Assembly: GCA_963666735.1 (NCBI GenBank)
Contig: OY762926.1
Coordinates: forward strand, 3,712,001 to 3,776,000
Length of the DNA stretch: 64,000 nucleotides
Source of the DNA: Gemmatimonadota bacterium
GTDB lineage: Bacteria; Gemmatimonadota; Gemmatimonadetes; Palauibacterales; Palauibacteraceae
Reading direction: 5' to 3'
Under the pieces are notes generated by a model, which was given only the letters and a program-made list of their open reading frames with translations, searched no databases and had not been told where the DNA came from. Numbering within the stretch: position 1 is the first letter of the stretch; the number at the start of each line of letters is the position of its first letter. A program made the position numbers and the translations under genes. This document shows positions 41,012-50,776 of the stretch, in pieces.

Positions 41012-41057
41012 CGGTTTTTTCTGGCCGCTGCCCCTGCGTGCCGATAAGTTGAACAGT

Positions 41058-41152
41058 GCCCCAGGCCCGTGGGGCCGGAGCGCGTGAATCCCGTCAGGAC
41101 CGTGAAGGTAGCAGCGGTAAGCGTGTGACGGTCGCCACGGCCCGCCTGGGGT
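41058..41152 (+). ncRNA. ffs: Signal recognition particle RNA (4.5S, small type)
   Basis: GTCAGGACC-GTGAA-GGTAGCAGC domain IV core, terminal stem CCCCAGGC/GCCTGGGG, usual position before dnaX. Confidence 0.92.
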
Positions 41153-41253
41153 CGTTCGCCCGACGTCGTCGGCGTTCTCGCGTCGCGGGGCGCGGGCGCC
41201 CTCAGACCCGAAGGAGTCGAAGCCGGCCGGGACCGTGACCCCGGCCGACCCAG

Positions 41254-43047
41254 ATGGCTCACGAGCCTTTGTACCGCACCGCGCTGGCCAGGACCTACCG
41301 GCCCCGAGGCTTCTCGGAGCTGATCGGACAGGACCACATCGGGCCCACGCTGAAGGCCGCGATCGAGTCCGGCAGGGTCGGCCACGCGTATCTCTTCTGC
41401 GGCCCGCGCGGGATCGGGAAGACGACGACGGCGCGCATCCTCGCGATGGCTCTGAACTGTCCCGACCGCTCCGCCGGCGAACCGTGCGGCGCGTGCCCCT
41501 CGTGCGAGCGGATCTGGTCCGGAGGCGCCTCGCTCGACGTCGTGGAAATCGACGCGGCGAGCCACCGGGGCGTCGAGGATGCCCGGGACCTCCGCCGCCG
41601 GGCCGCGTACGCGCCCACGAGCGAGGAACGCTACAAGATCTACATCCTCGATGAGGCGCACATGCTCACGCGCGACGCGTGGAACGCGCTCCTGAAGATC
41701 CTCGAGGAGCCGCCGCCACGCGTGATCTTCGCTTTCGCCACGACCGAGCCGCAGAAGATCGAGCGCGGCGCGGCGCCCGTCATGTCCCGCTGCCAGCGGT
41801 TCGACTTCCGGCGAGTCTCCGTGCAGGACATCACGAGCCGGCTGGAGACGGTGCTCGAGGCGGAGGGAATCCCGGCCGAAGCGGGGGCGCTGCGGGCGAT
41901 CGCGCGGCGTGCCGAGGGCGGCGTCCGCGACGCGCTCTCCTCCCTCGACCAGGTGTTGTCCTTCCGCGGAGACACGGTGGAACTCGCGGACGTCCGCCGC
42001 ATGCTCGGGCTCGTCGACGAGGATCGATACCTGGCGTTCTTCGAGATCGCGGCGAACGGGGACCGGGCCGGAGTGTTCGCTTTCGTCCAGGACCTCCTCG
42101 ACGATGGGCACGACCCCGCGGAGTTTCTGCGCGGACTCGGCGACGCGCTGCGAACCCTCCTGGTTCTGAGGCTCGATCCGGAGGCCGAGGCGGTCGAACT
42201 CCTGCCGGGGTCACGCGAGCGTTTCCTCGCCGCCGCCGAAGCGCTGGTTCCGGCGGACCTGCTCAGGATGCTGGCCGCGCTCAGCGAGTTCGAGGCCTCG
42301 GGCATGCTCCACCGGTCCTCCCAGCCGCGCATCCAGCTCGAGGTCCTGCTGCTGCGTCTCGTCCGCATGGAATCGACCGTCGAACTCGAGGAAGTCCTGG
42401 CGGCCCTGGGCGCCCCCCCCGCCGAGCCCGGGCCTCGCACGCGCCCGCCGCATCCGCCCCGGCGCCAGCGCGAGAAGCGGTCTCCACCGCCGACGCCCGC
42501 TCCCGCGTCCCGGCCGCCGCTCCCGGAGCCGCCTCCGCCGACACCAGCCGCCGGAGAGCCCGTGGCCGCCGCCGAACCCGCGACCGCGGGAGGGGAGGAG
42601 GCTCCCCCGCCGGAGTCCGCGCCGGCCCCCGCACCCGCGCCGGCCCCCGCGCCGGAAAACCGGTCCGGCACGGCGTCGGCATCCCGCGTCCGCGACGCCT
42701 GGGCCGCCGCCGTCGCCGAAATGCCGGGGCTGGGTGGAGTGTCCGGACTGGCCCTGCGCGCCACCGAAGTCGACGGCCTCGTGGAAGGCGAGGTTCGGCT
42801 CCGCGTCCAGGCCGGGTGGCGCGAGGAACTCGAGAAGCTGTTCAAGGACGACCAGCGTTCCGGCCCTCTCCGCGCGAATCTCGCGGAACGCGTGGGGTTA
42901 CCGGCCGTCAGGTTCGCGATCGTCGACCGCAAGGGCGGCCGCATGACCGCCGGAGAAGCCGCCCGCACGCGCGTGGAGCGGTTGATGGACGGAAACCCGC
43001 ACCTCCGGGAAGCCGTGAAGGAACTCGACCTCACCCTGAAGGAGTAG
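41254..43047 (+). CDS. dnaX: DNA polymerase III subunit gamma/tau
   Basis: LARTYRP, GPRGIGKTT, CGACPSC, EIDAAS, DEAHML, LKILEEPP, SRCQRF. Confidence 0.97.
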   Translation: MAHEPLYRTALARTYRPRGFSELIGQDHIGPTLKAAIESGRVGHAYLFCGPRGIGKTTTARILAMALNCPDRSAGEPCGACPSCERIWSGGASLDVVEIDAASHRGVEDARDLRRRAAYAPTSEERYKIYILDEAHMLTRDAWNALLKILEEPPPRVIFAFATTEPQKIERGAAPVMSRCQRFDFRRVSVQDITSRLETVLEAEGIPAEAGALRAIARRAEGGVRDALSSLDQVLSFRGDTVELADVRRMLGLVDEDRYLAFFEIAANGDRAGVFAFVQDLLDDGHDPAEFLRGLGDALRTLLVLRLDPEAEAVELLPGSRERFLAAAEALVPADLLRMLAALSEFEASGMLHRSSQPRIQLEVLLLRLVRMESTVELEEVLAALGAPPAEPGPRTRPPHPPRRQREKRSPPPTPAPASRPPLPEPPPPTPAAGEPVAAAEPATAGGEEAPPPESAPAPAPAPAPAPENRSGTASASRVRDAWAAAVAEMPGLGGVSGLALRATEVDGLVEGEVRLRVQAGWREELEKLFKDDQRSGPLRANLAERVGLPAVRFAIVDRKGGRMTAGEAARTRVERLMDGNPHLREAVKELDLTLKE

Positions 43048-43057
43048 GAGAATCGGA

Positions 43058-43393
43058 GTGGACGGCGTGGACATCCAGCAATTGATTCAACTCAGTCAAC
43101 AGATGCAGTCGCGCATGACCGAGATGCAGGAGAAGCTCGAGCGCGAGACGATGGTCGCGGCTTCGGGCGGCGGCATGGTCGAGGTGACGGTGGACGGCCA
43201 GGGCGGCATCAAGGGCATCTCCATCGACCCCGCCGTCGTGGACCCGGAGGAGGTCGAGATGCTCGAGGACCTCATCGTCGCCGCGGCCTCCGCGGCGCAG
43301 CGGCGGGCGAAGGATCGAATGGAGAGCGAGATGCGCCAGGCGGCGGGCGGTCTGCCGTTGCCGGGCCTGGGTAACTTCCCCGGCCGTCCGTGA
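43058..43393 (+). CDS. ybaB: YbaB/EbfC nucleoid-associated protein
   Basis: SGGGMVEVT, EMLEDLI; between dnaX and recR. Confidence 0.93.
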   Translation: MDGVDIQQLIQLSQQMQSRMTEMQEKLERETMVAASGGGMVEVTVDGQGGIKGISIDPAVVDPEEVEMLEDLIVAAASAAQRRAKDRMESEMRQAAGGLPLPGLGNFPGRP

Positions 43394-43977
43394 ACGCCAT
43401 CGAGGCGCTCGTGGGCGAACTCGGCCGGCTCCCCGGGATCGGCCGCAAGACCGCGCGCCGGCTCACCTATCACCTCCTCAAGAGTTCGAGGGACGATTCC
43501 CGGCGGCTGGCGAAGGCCATAGAACGGGTCGCGGCGGAAGTTCGCGTGTGCGGCGCCTGCGGCAATCTCAGCGATATGGAGCCGTGCGAATACTGCCGCA
43601 GTCCGAGGCGCGATCCCGCGCAGGTGTGCGTCGTGGAGGAAGCTTCGGACATTCCGGCGATCGAGAACTCGGGGAACTTCGGAGGCCTGTATCATGTACT
43701 TGGCGGACGGTTGTCCCCTCTCGATGGGGTGGGCCCCGACGACCTGAACATCCGGGCCCTGCTTCGGCGTCTCGACACGCCTGTCCGGGAGGTGATCATC
43801 GCGACGAACGCGAGCGTCGAGGGAGAGGCCACGGCGACATACCTGCAGCGCCTGCTGGCCTCGGCCGCCGACGTCACTGTCACGCGCCTCGCCCGCGGGC
43901 TGCCCGTGGGGGGGGACCTCGAGTACGCCGACGGGGTGACGATCGCCGAAGCCTTCGCCGGCCGACGGGAGATGTAA
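43390..43977 (+). CDS. recR: Recombination mediator RecR
   Basis: LPGIGRKTARRL, C4 zinc finger, YHVLGGRLSPLDG, EGEATA, GLPVGGDLEYAD. Confidence 0.98.
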   Translation: MNAIEALVGELGRLPGIGRKTARRLTYHLLKSSRDDSRRLAKAIERVAAEVRVCGACGNLSDMEPCEYCRSPRRDPAQVCVVEEASDIPAIENSGNFGGLYHVLGGRLSPLDGVGPDDLNIRALLRRLDTPVREVIIATNASVEGEATATYLQRLLASAADVTVTRLARGLPVGGDLEYADGVTIAEAFAGRREM

Positions 43978-43988
43978 CGACCAATGAG

Positions 43989-44351
43989 ATGCAGCGACCG
44001 ATGATGACTCGAATCGAATACGAAGACGCGGACCGCGGCGCCGCGACGGGATGGAAGATCGCCGCCGCCGCCCTGCTCGGCGCCGCCGCGGCCGTCGGCC
44101 TCGGGATCTATCTTGCGCGAGACCAGATGCGGCGACACCGGCGCGAACTGTTCAGTCCGCACCCGCTCCGGCGCCTGGCGGCCCTCGGATACCTGAGATC
44201 GCACCCGTCCGTGGACGATCTGCCGCTGCTGAGAGACTACCTGGCATGGGAAGAGCGACCGCTCCTCCGCAAGCGCGCCACGGCAGTCCTGGAGAGTCTC
44301 GAGAGCGTGCTCGCGAGCGACGAGGTCCTTGAGAGCGGAGACCCACACTGA
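43989..44351 (+). CDS. Hypothetical membrane-anchored protein (HEAT-like C-terminus)
   Basis: TM segment then RRLAALGYL..LLRDYL; fills operon gap. Confidence 0.65.
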   Translation: MQRPMMTRIEYEDADRGAATGWKIAAAALLGAAAAVGLGIYLARDQMRRHRRELFSPHPLRRLAALGYLRSHPSVDDLPLLRDYLAWEERPLLRKRATAVLESLESVLASDEVLESGDPH

Positions 44352-44977
44352 ATCTCCCGAACGCGATTACCACGGGCAGGATCCTCGCGGCCCCCGTCGT
44401 GACGGCGCTGCTCCTGCAGCCCCGGCCGGCGCCCCGCATGATCGCGTTCGTCGTGTTCGTCTTCGCCGCGCTCTCGGACCTGTGGGACGGACACCTGGCC
44501 CGGGCCCGCGACCAAGTGACCTCCTTCGGCAAGATCGTCGATCCGCTGGCCGACAAGCTGCTGCTCGTCGCCGCCCTCCTCCCCGTCTACAGCATCAATC
44601 TCGGGCAGGTGGGAAGCCCCTCTCTCCCCCTGTTCCGCGTCATCCCGCTCTGGGCCATCGTCATCTTCCTGGGGCGCGAAGCGCTGATCACGCTGCTCCG
44701 GTCCTTCGCCGCGCGGCAGGGCCGGGTGGTCGCGGCGCAGATCCTGGGCAAGCGGAAGGCGCTCGCGCAGAACATCTTCATCGGCTCAGCGATCCTGTGG
44801 GTGGCGTTCCTGACCCCCGGTTTCGTGGCTCCCGGCGGCTGGGCGTGGCAGTGGTTCTCCGCTTTCCACGGCTGGTTCACCACGACCTTTCTCGCCCTCG
44901 CGGTGCTGCTCACCGTGGTCTCCGCCGTGACCTATCTGGGCATGTTCTCGCGCATCATGGCGGGCCGCCATTCGTAA
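44348..44977 (+). CDS. pgsA: CDP-alcohol phosphatidyltransferase (PgsA-like; probable CTG start)
   Basis: (M)NLPNAITTGRI, DLWDGHLARA..VTSFGKIVDPLADK; CTGA overlap and GGAG RBS. Confidence 0.88.
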   Translation: MNLPNAITTGRILAAPVVTALLLQPRPAPRMIAFVVFVFAALSDLWDGHLARARDQVTSFGKIVDPLADKLLLVAALLPVYSINLGQVGSPSLPLFRVIPLWAIVIFLGREALITLLRSFAARQGRVVAAQILGKRKALAQNIFIGSAILWVAFLTPGFVAPGGWAWQWFSAFHGWFTTTFLALAVLLTVVSAVTYLGMFSRIMAGRHS

Positions 44978-44990
44978 GCGCTGTCCGTCG

Positions 44991-45455
44991 CTGTCCGAGG
45001 CCGCCGCGGCGCTCGTCGAAGGCCTGCGGGAGAGGGGTCACACGCTGGTGCTCGCCGAGAGTTGCACCGGCGGCCTGATCGGCGCCGCTCTCACCGCGGT
45101 ACCCGGAGCTTCGGAGGTTTTGTGGGGTGGGCTGATAAGCTACGATGACGCCGCCAAGAGGTCGCTGCTGAACGTGTCGGAGGCGTCGCTCCAGCGGCAC
45201 GGCGCCGTCTCGCGGGCCGTGGCGGAGGAGATGGCCGCCGGGGCGCGGCGCGTGGCGGAAAGCACCTGGTCCATCGCCGTCACGGGGATCGCCGGGCCCT
45301 CGGGCGGGTCCGCCGACAAACCCGTGGGCACGGTGTGGATCGCCCACGACGGCCCCTCTCGCGACGCGTGGTGTCACCGTTTCGGTGGGAGCCGGGACGA
45401 GATCCGGGAAGCGGCCGCGCGCGAAGCGATACGTTGGCTCGATTCACGGCTTTGA
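44991..45455 (+). CDS. CinA C-terminal domain / nicotinamide-nucleotide amidohydrolase (PncC-like; start uncertain)
   Basis: AESCTGGLI, PGAS, GAVS..AEEMA, VTGIAGP.GG..KPVGTV. Confidence 0.88.
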   Translation: MSEAAAALVEGLRERGHTLVLAESCTGGLIGAALTAVPGASEVLWGGLISYDDAAKRSLLNVSEASLQRHGAVSRAVAEEMAAGARRVAESTWSIAVTGIAGPSGGSADKPVGTVWIAHDGPSRDAWCHRFGGSRDEIREAAAREAIRWLDSRL

Positions 45456-45477
45456 CGAGCATACTCGAGGATATTCG

Positions 45478-46044
45478 ATGGGAAAGAAGGATCGGGAGCA
45501 GGAGATGGAGAGCGCGGCGCCCGGGGAGGCTCCGGAAACGCCCGGGCACGTTGACGAGGTCGGCGCGCCCGAGCCGGAAGAGGACGCCGGCCCCGAAGCG
45601 GAACTCGCGGCCCTGCAGGACCGGCACCTCCGGCTCGCGGCGGAGTTCGACAACTTCCGGCGCCGGACGAGACGCGAACTGGGCGACGCGGGAGAGCGGG
45701 CGCGCGCGGAACTCGCCGGCAAGCTGCTCGAACTGATGGATGATCTCCAGCGCGTGGCCGAAACGCCGCTCGAGGGCACGACGACCGACGCGCTGCACGA
45801 GGGGATCGGGCTCGTGGCCCGGAAGTTCGCGAAGGTCCTCTCCGACACCGGAGTGGAACCGGTGAACCCCGTGGACGAGCGCTTCGACCCCAACCTCCAC
45901 GAAGCGCTCATGATGACCCCGACCGACGACCCGGAGCAGGACGAACGGGTGTCGCGCGTCGTCCTCATCGGATACCGGCTCGGCGACCGGCTGCTGCGCC
46001 CCGCGCGCGTCACGGTCTACCGCTACGAAGCCGAAACCTCCTGA
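45478..46044 (+). CDS. grpE: Nucleotide exchange factor GrpE
   Basis: [34 protein letters not shown]. Confidence 0.96.
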   Translation: MGKKDREQEMESAAPGEAPETPGHVDEVGAPEPEEDAGPEAELAALQDRHLRLAAEFDNFRRRTRRELGDAGERARAELAGKLLELMDDLQRVAETPLEGTTTDALHEGIGLVARKFAKVLSDTGVEPVNPVDERFDPNLHEALMMTPTDDPEQDERVSRVVLIGYRLGDRLLRPARVTVYRYEAETS

Positions 46045-46048
46045 TCCG

Positions 46049-47149
46049 ATGGCGACGCAGGCGAAGGATTACTACAAGATTCTCGGGGTCGCGGAGAACG
46101 CGAGCGCCGACGAGATCCGGAAGGCGTACCGCAAGCTCGCGAAGGAGCACCATCCGGACGCGAACGCGGGCGATCCAAGGTCGACGGAGAAGTTCAAGGA
46201 GGTGTCGGAGGCCCACGGCGTCCTCTCCGATCCCGGCAAGCGCAAGAAATACGATCGCGTGCGGAAGTACGGAGGTCTCGGAGCGTTCGGGCCCGGCCAG
46301 CCGGGCGGAGCGCCCGGGGGCGCCGGCAACTTCAAGTTCGAGGACTTGTCCGACCTGGGCGGCATCGGCGGCATCTTCTCCTCCATCTTCGACTTCGGGA
46401 AGAAGGCGAAGCCGGAGCGGGAAGGGCCGGAGCGGGGCCGAAACGTCGAATACCTGGTCACGGTGCCGCTCCGCACCGCGGCGCGGGGCGGCCGGGTCGC
46501 GGTCACGGTGCCGATCAACGAGGAGTGCGCGACGTGCGACGGGAACGGCGCCGCTCCCGGCACGTCGCTCAAACGCTGTCCGGAGTGCGAGGGCAGGGGC
46601 GAGGTCACGTTCGGGCAGGGCGGGTTCTCCGTCACGCGCCCGTGTCCCGTCTGCGTGCGCCGCGGGATGGTGCCGGAGACGCCGTGCTCGAGTTGTTCCG
46701 GCCGCGGCCAGGTGAACTCGCGGCGCAAGCTCAGCGTCAAGGTGCCCGCGGGGGTCGAGAACGGTTCGCGCGTCCGCATCTCCGGCAAGGGCGAACGCGG
46801 CCCCGGCGGCGGCACCGCCGGCGACCTCATCATCAAGTTCCAGGTCGACCCCGACCGCTTCTTCACCCGGGACGGACTCGACCTCGCCTGCGAGGTGCCG
46901 ATCAACGTGGCGCAGGCGATTCTCGGCTCGAAGGTCAAGGTGAGGACGATCGGCGGGAACAAGGTCGTGCTCAGAATTCCGCCGGGCACGCAGAGCGGCA
47001 CCATGTTCCGGATCCGCGGCCAGGGCATCCGGCGGGGCGAGAACCGCGGCGACCAGCTCGTTGAGGTGGTCGTGGAGACGCCCGACCTCTCGGGCGACGG
47101 CCTGAAGACGGTGAAGGATCTCGCGCAACAGGAGGGCCTCTCCTACTGA
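46049..47149 (+). CDS. dnaJ: Chaperone DnaJ
   Basis: [12 protein letters not shown]-domain, four CxxCxxxG repeats, C-terminal domain. Confidence 0.96.
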   Translation: MATQAKDYYKILGVAENASADEIRKAYRKLAKEHHPDANAGDPRSTEKFKEVSEAHGVLSDPGKRKKYDRVRKYGGLGAFGPGQPGGAPGGAGNFKFEDLSDLGGIGGIFSSIFDFGKKAKPEREGPERGRNVEYLVTVPLRTAARGGRVAVTVPINEECATCDGNGAAPGTSLKRCPECEGRGEVTFGQGGFSVTRPCPVCVRRGMVPETPCSSCSGRGQVNSRRKLSVKVPAGVENGSRVRISGKGERGPGGGTAGDLIIKFQVDPDRFFTRDGLDLACEVPINVAQAILGSKVKVRTIGGNKVVLRIPPGTQSGTMFRIRGQGIRRGENRGDQLVEVVVETPDLSGDGLKTVKDLAQQEGLSY

Positions 47150-47201
47150 CCCGCGGCCCGGCCGCTGGCGGGCGCGGCCCCCGCACCCGCGGCGCCGGCC
47201 G

Positions 47202-48299
47202 TCAGCTCGAGGCGATGATGCCGCCGCCGAGGACCCGTTCCTCCCGGTAGAGCACGGCGCTCTGTCCCGGCGTGATGGCCGACTGCGGGATGGGCAGCTC
47301 CAGCGAAAAGCCGGTCGGCGTCGCCTCGACCACATCCGCGTCGACGATCGCGGCCCCATGCCGGATCCGCACTCCGACGCGCTCGCCGCCGGCGGGAGGC
47401 TCGGCCAGCCAGTTCACGCCCCGGGCGCCGATGCGCGAGCGGGCCAGCGAGGCCCGCGGCCCGATGATGACGTCGCGCGACTCCGGCCGGATCTCGAGCA
47501 CGAACATCGGCTCGCGAAAACCGCCCGGGAGCCCCTTGCGCTGTCCCACCGTGTAGTGGGCGTAGCCCGGATGCTCGCCCGCGCCGGAGCCGTCCTCGAA
47601 GCGGATGGCGCCGGGTGAGAGCGCCGGGTGGTCCTCCGGCAGGTAGCGGCGCAGGACCCCGGCGTAGTCGTTGTCGGGGACGAAGCAGATCTCGAACGAC
47701 TCCGGCTTGTCCGCCGTGTCGAGGCCGAGGCGCCGCGCCTCCGCCCGGACCTGCGGCTTCGTAAGTTCTCCGACCGGCAGGAGAAGGCGGTCGAGCGCCT
47801 CGCGGGGCATGCCCCACAGGAAATACGTCTGATCCTTGTGGTCGTCCGCGCCGAGGTGGAGTTGCGGAGGGCCGGAGCGGGGGCGGACCACGCGCGCATA
47901 GTGCCCCGTCGCCAGCCAGCGGCAGTCCAGCGCGTCGGCCCGCACGAGGAGGTCCCGGAACTTCGTGAAGCTGTTGCAGCGCACGCACGGGATCGGGGTG
48001 CGGCCGGCCGCGTACTCGGACACGAAGTCGTCGATCACGTCGCGCGTGAAATCCTCCTCCACGTCGAACACGTGGTGCGGCATGTCGAGCTGGGCGGCGA
48101 CGGACTTGGCGTCCGCGATCCCGTCGAGGCCGCAGCAGGTGCGCGTCGGGCCCTCGCTGCCGGTGTAGCAGAACGTCTTCATCGTCACGCCGATGACCGG
48201 GCGGCCCTCGCGCGCCAGCAGCGCGGCGGTGAGCGAAGAGTCCACGCCGCCCGACATGGCGACGAGCACGGAGTCCGCGAGGCGGCTCGGGGCGATCAT
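47202..48299 (-). CDS. mnmA: tRNA-specific 2-thiouridylase
   Basis: AMSGGVDSS, GRTPIPCVRCN, ATGHYAR, KDQTYFL, YTVGQRKG, TPGQSAV. Confidence 0.97.
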   Translation of the reverse strand: MIAPSRLADSVLVAMSGGVDSSLTAALLAREGRPVIGVTMKTFCYTGSEGPTRTCCGLDGIADAKSVAAQLDMPHHVFDVEEDFTRDVIDDFVSEYAAGRTPIPCVRCNSFTKFRDLLVRADALDCRWLATGHYARVVRPRSGPPQLHLGADDHKDQTYFLWGMPREALDRLLLPVGELTKPQVRAEARRLGLDTADKPESFEICFVPDNDYAGVLRRYLPEDHPALSPGAIRFEDGSGAGEHPGYAHYTVGQRKGLPGGFREPMFVLEIRPESRDVIIGPRASLARSRIGARGVNWLAEPPAGGERVGVRIRHGAAIVDADVVEATPTGFSLELPIPQSAITPGQSAVLYREERVLGGGIIASS

Positions 48300-48311
48300 G
48301 GGCGCGGGATC

Positions 48312-49493
48312 TCAGGCCGTGAGCGCGACGACCCGCGCGGCCACCCGCGCCAGCGCGTCCGCCGCCGCATCGATGTCCGCCCGGGACGTCTCGTGGCCGA
48401 AACTGAAGCGCACCGCCGCATACGGGACATCGCTCGTGATCCCGATGGCCTCCAGCACGTCGGAGCCGACGCTCGAATCGGACCCGCAGGCCGACCCGCC
48501 CGAGACCGCGATGCCCTCGAAGTCGAGCGACACGAGCACGGCCCCGCTGTCACACCCCGAAATCCCGGCGCTGACGAGATTCGGCATCCGCAGCGGCGCG
48601 TCCCCGCCGTGGATCCGGGCATCCGGAATCTCCGCCCGGATCCGCCCCTCGAGGTGATCGCGCAGCGCGGTCCAGCGGGCGACCTCCGCCTCGCGGCCCT
48701 CGAGCGCGAGCGCGAACGCGGCCGCGAAGCCCGTCGCGCCGATCGGGTTCTGCGTGCCCGGCCACATGGACCGTTCCTGGCCGCCGCCGTAGCTGAGCGG
48801 CTCCAGCCTCACCCCCGGCCGCCGGTAGAGGAGGCCGATCCCCACGGGCCCGCCGAGCTTGTGCGCCGTGGCCGACAGGAGATCCACCGGCGTCCGCTCC
48901 AGATCGCAGTCGACCTTCCCCAGCGCCTGCACGGCATCCGTGTGCACGAGCGCCCCGTATTCGTGGCCCAGCTCCACGATGTCCCCCATCGCCTGGACCG
49001 TGCCGATCTCGTTGTTCGCCCACATCACTGAGATCAGCGTCGGTGCGTCCGGGTCCGCCGCGAGTTTCCGCCGCAGCCACGCGAGGTCGACCGTCCCCGA
49101 GCCGTCCACGGGAATCCGCGCCACGCGCGCCCCCTCCACCGCCCCCCGGTCCGCCGCCTCGAGGCACGCCTTGTGCTCGATCTCGGACACGAACACGCGC
49201 GGGCTCCGCTCCGCATGCCCCGCGTGCGACCGCACGAAGCCGAGGATCGCGAGGTTGTCGGACTGCGTGCCGCCGCCCGTGAAGCAGATGGATGACCGCG
49301 GGCACCCGAGCAGATCCGCGATCCGCCCGCGCGCGACCTCGAGACAGCGATGGGCCCGGCGCCCGGGGGCATGCGCGCTCGCGGGATTGAAGCCGTGCCG
49401 CAACTCCGCTCCCATCGCGTCCCACACCTCCGGCCGCATGGGCCAGGTCGCCGCGTAGTCGAGGTAAAGCCGCTCTTTTTCGGGCTGTATCAT
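48312..49493 (-). CDS. Cysteine desulfurase (IscS/NifS family)
   Basis: YLDYAAT, NNEIGT, HTDAVQ, AHKLGGP, SGGSAC; upstream of mnmA. Confidence 0.94.
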   Translation of the reverse strand: MIQPEKERLYLDYAATWPMRPEVWDAMGAELRHGFNPASAHAPGRRAHRCLEVARGRIADLLGCPRSSICFTGGGTQSDNLAILGFVRSHAGHAERSPRVFVSEIEHKACLEAADRGAVEGARVARIPVDGSGTVDLAWLRRKLAADPDAPTLISVMWANNEIGTVQAMGDIVELGHEYGALVHTDAVQALGKVDCDLERTPVDLLSATAHKLGGPVGIGLLYRRPGVRLEPLSYGGGQERSMWPGTQNPIGATGFAAAFALALEGREAEVARWTALRDHLEGRIRAEIPDARIHGGDAPLRMPNLVSAGISGCDSGAVLVSLDFEGIAVSGGSACGSDSSVGSDVLEAIGITSDVPYAAVRFSFGHETSRADIDAAADALARVAARVVALTA

Positions 49494-49539
49494 CGTCGCT
49501 TTCCGTCCGGATTCGCCCGTTCGGCGAAGAGCGTCTATT

Positions 49540-49974
49540 GTGTCGAAGCTTCAAACGACGCCGCAACTCGGGATGGAGTACATGGAACCACCACGTTCCG
49601 CGCCGGGGCCCACCCCCCCGGCGCCAAGCCCCACCGGGCCCACGTCCGACGAGCAGAGCATACCACCGCTCGGGGCCCCGGTGTTCCGCACCACCGTGCA
49701 CGGACTCGCTTTTGAAGACCGTGCACGCCACCTCGACACGGTAAGCCCGCAGGAGGAACTCCTCCTGATCCCCGACCCGCCCGGAGGCGAACCCGACGAT
49801 GTCTGGGTCCATATCCGCGATGGCGACCCGGTCGGCCACCTCCCGCGCGAGATCGGCGCCTGGCTCGCCCCCTGGATGCGGCGCGGCGGCGCGGCGCGCG
49901 TGCAGGTGATCAAGGTAGGCGCCGAGTCGGTCCCGAGCTGGAAGCGTCTCCTCGTCGAGGTTCGCTGCGGCTGA
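49540..49974 (+). CDS. Stand-alone HIRAN-domain protein
   Basis: VHGLAFEDR..L.LIPDP...D.VWVH....VGHLPRE pattern; start uncertain. Confidence 0.7.
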   Translation: MSKLQTTPQLGMEYMEPPRSAPGPTPPAPSPTGPTSDEQSIPPLGAPVFRTTVHGLAFEDRARHLDTVSPQEELLLIPDPPGGEPDDVWVHIRDGDPVGHLPREIGAWLAPWMRRGGAARVQVIKVGAESVPSWKRLLVEVRCG

Positions 49975-50022
49975 CGGCGCCATTGGATGCTCAGCCGGGC
50001 TCCGATCGACCGCGGCGCTTTT

Positions 50023-50748
50023 CTACAACGAGCGAACTCCGAGGCGTGTGACATCGCTCACCCGCATCGTCTCGTCGGCATGGAACGGTTCGCCGTGTGG
50101 AGCCCGGATCAGCGAGCCGTAGTGCCGCGACGCGGTCTCGACGCGTTCGATGAGCGGTTGTCCGGTGGGGAAGATCTCACCCGCCGCCCTCGCGCCCTCG
50201 AACTGTGACGCGTAGCACCGCACGGCCTCGACCTTGCGCTGGAACTGCTCTTCCGTGAGCGGGACGACGAAGGTCGGCTTCACGGCGTCCTCCCGGTACG
50301 CCAGCGCGTAGAGGATCTTCTCCGGCCGCCGCCCCGGGCCGCCTTCATACTCCCGCAATCCCGCGAGGAAACAGGCGTCGCGCGCGAGTTCCGAGGCGGT
50401 CCGGTGATCGGGATGGCGACCGCGCGGATAGGGCAGGATCACGGTCGCGGGTGCGAGGTCCCGCAGGTGCCCGGCGACGATCCGCCGCGCCTCCAGCGAG
50501 TTCTCGATCCGCGCGTCGGGGAGTCCGGCGTTGACCCGAACCGCGACCCCCAGCGCCGCCGCCGCCCGATCCGCCTCTTCGGCCCGAATCTCGGGGGTCC
50601 CGCGCGAGGCCATCTCGCCGCGCGTCAGGTCCAGGATCCCGGCCCGGTGCCCCTGTTCGGCCGCACGGGCCAGCGTCCCGCCGCAGGTGAGTTCGGCATC
50701 GTCCGGGTGTGCGGCTATGGCAAGGAGGTCCAGCGGTTTCTCCGTCAT
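50023..50748 (-). CDS. bshB1: Bacillithiol biosynthesis deacetylase (PIG-L family)
   Basis: AHPDDAELTCGG, LTRGEM..RGT, RHPDH, YASQF. Confidence 0.85.
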   Translation of the reverse strand: MTEKPLDLLAIAAHPDDAELTCGGTLARAAEQGHRAGILDLTRGEMASRGTPEIRAEEADRAAAALGVAVRVNAGLPDARIENSLEARRIVAGHLRDLAPATVILPYPRGRHPDHRTASELARDACFLAGLREYEGGPGRRPEKILYALAYREDAVKPTFVVPLTEEQFQRKVEAVRCYASQFEGARAAGEIFPTGQPLIERVETASRHYGSLIRAPHGEPFHADETMRVSDVTRLGVRSL

Positions 50749-50776
50749 CGGGCGGTCAGGCTCGCCTTTCGGTCGG

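Noticed and set aside
42400..42700. dnaX programmed -1 frameshift
   Set aside because: No A AAA AAG or poly-A slippery site seen; the region is simply a Pro-rich linker
45440..45480. CIRCE/HrcA operator before grpE-dnaJ
   Set aside because: No TTAGCACTC-N9-GAGTGCTAA match; no dnaK or hrcA in the window
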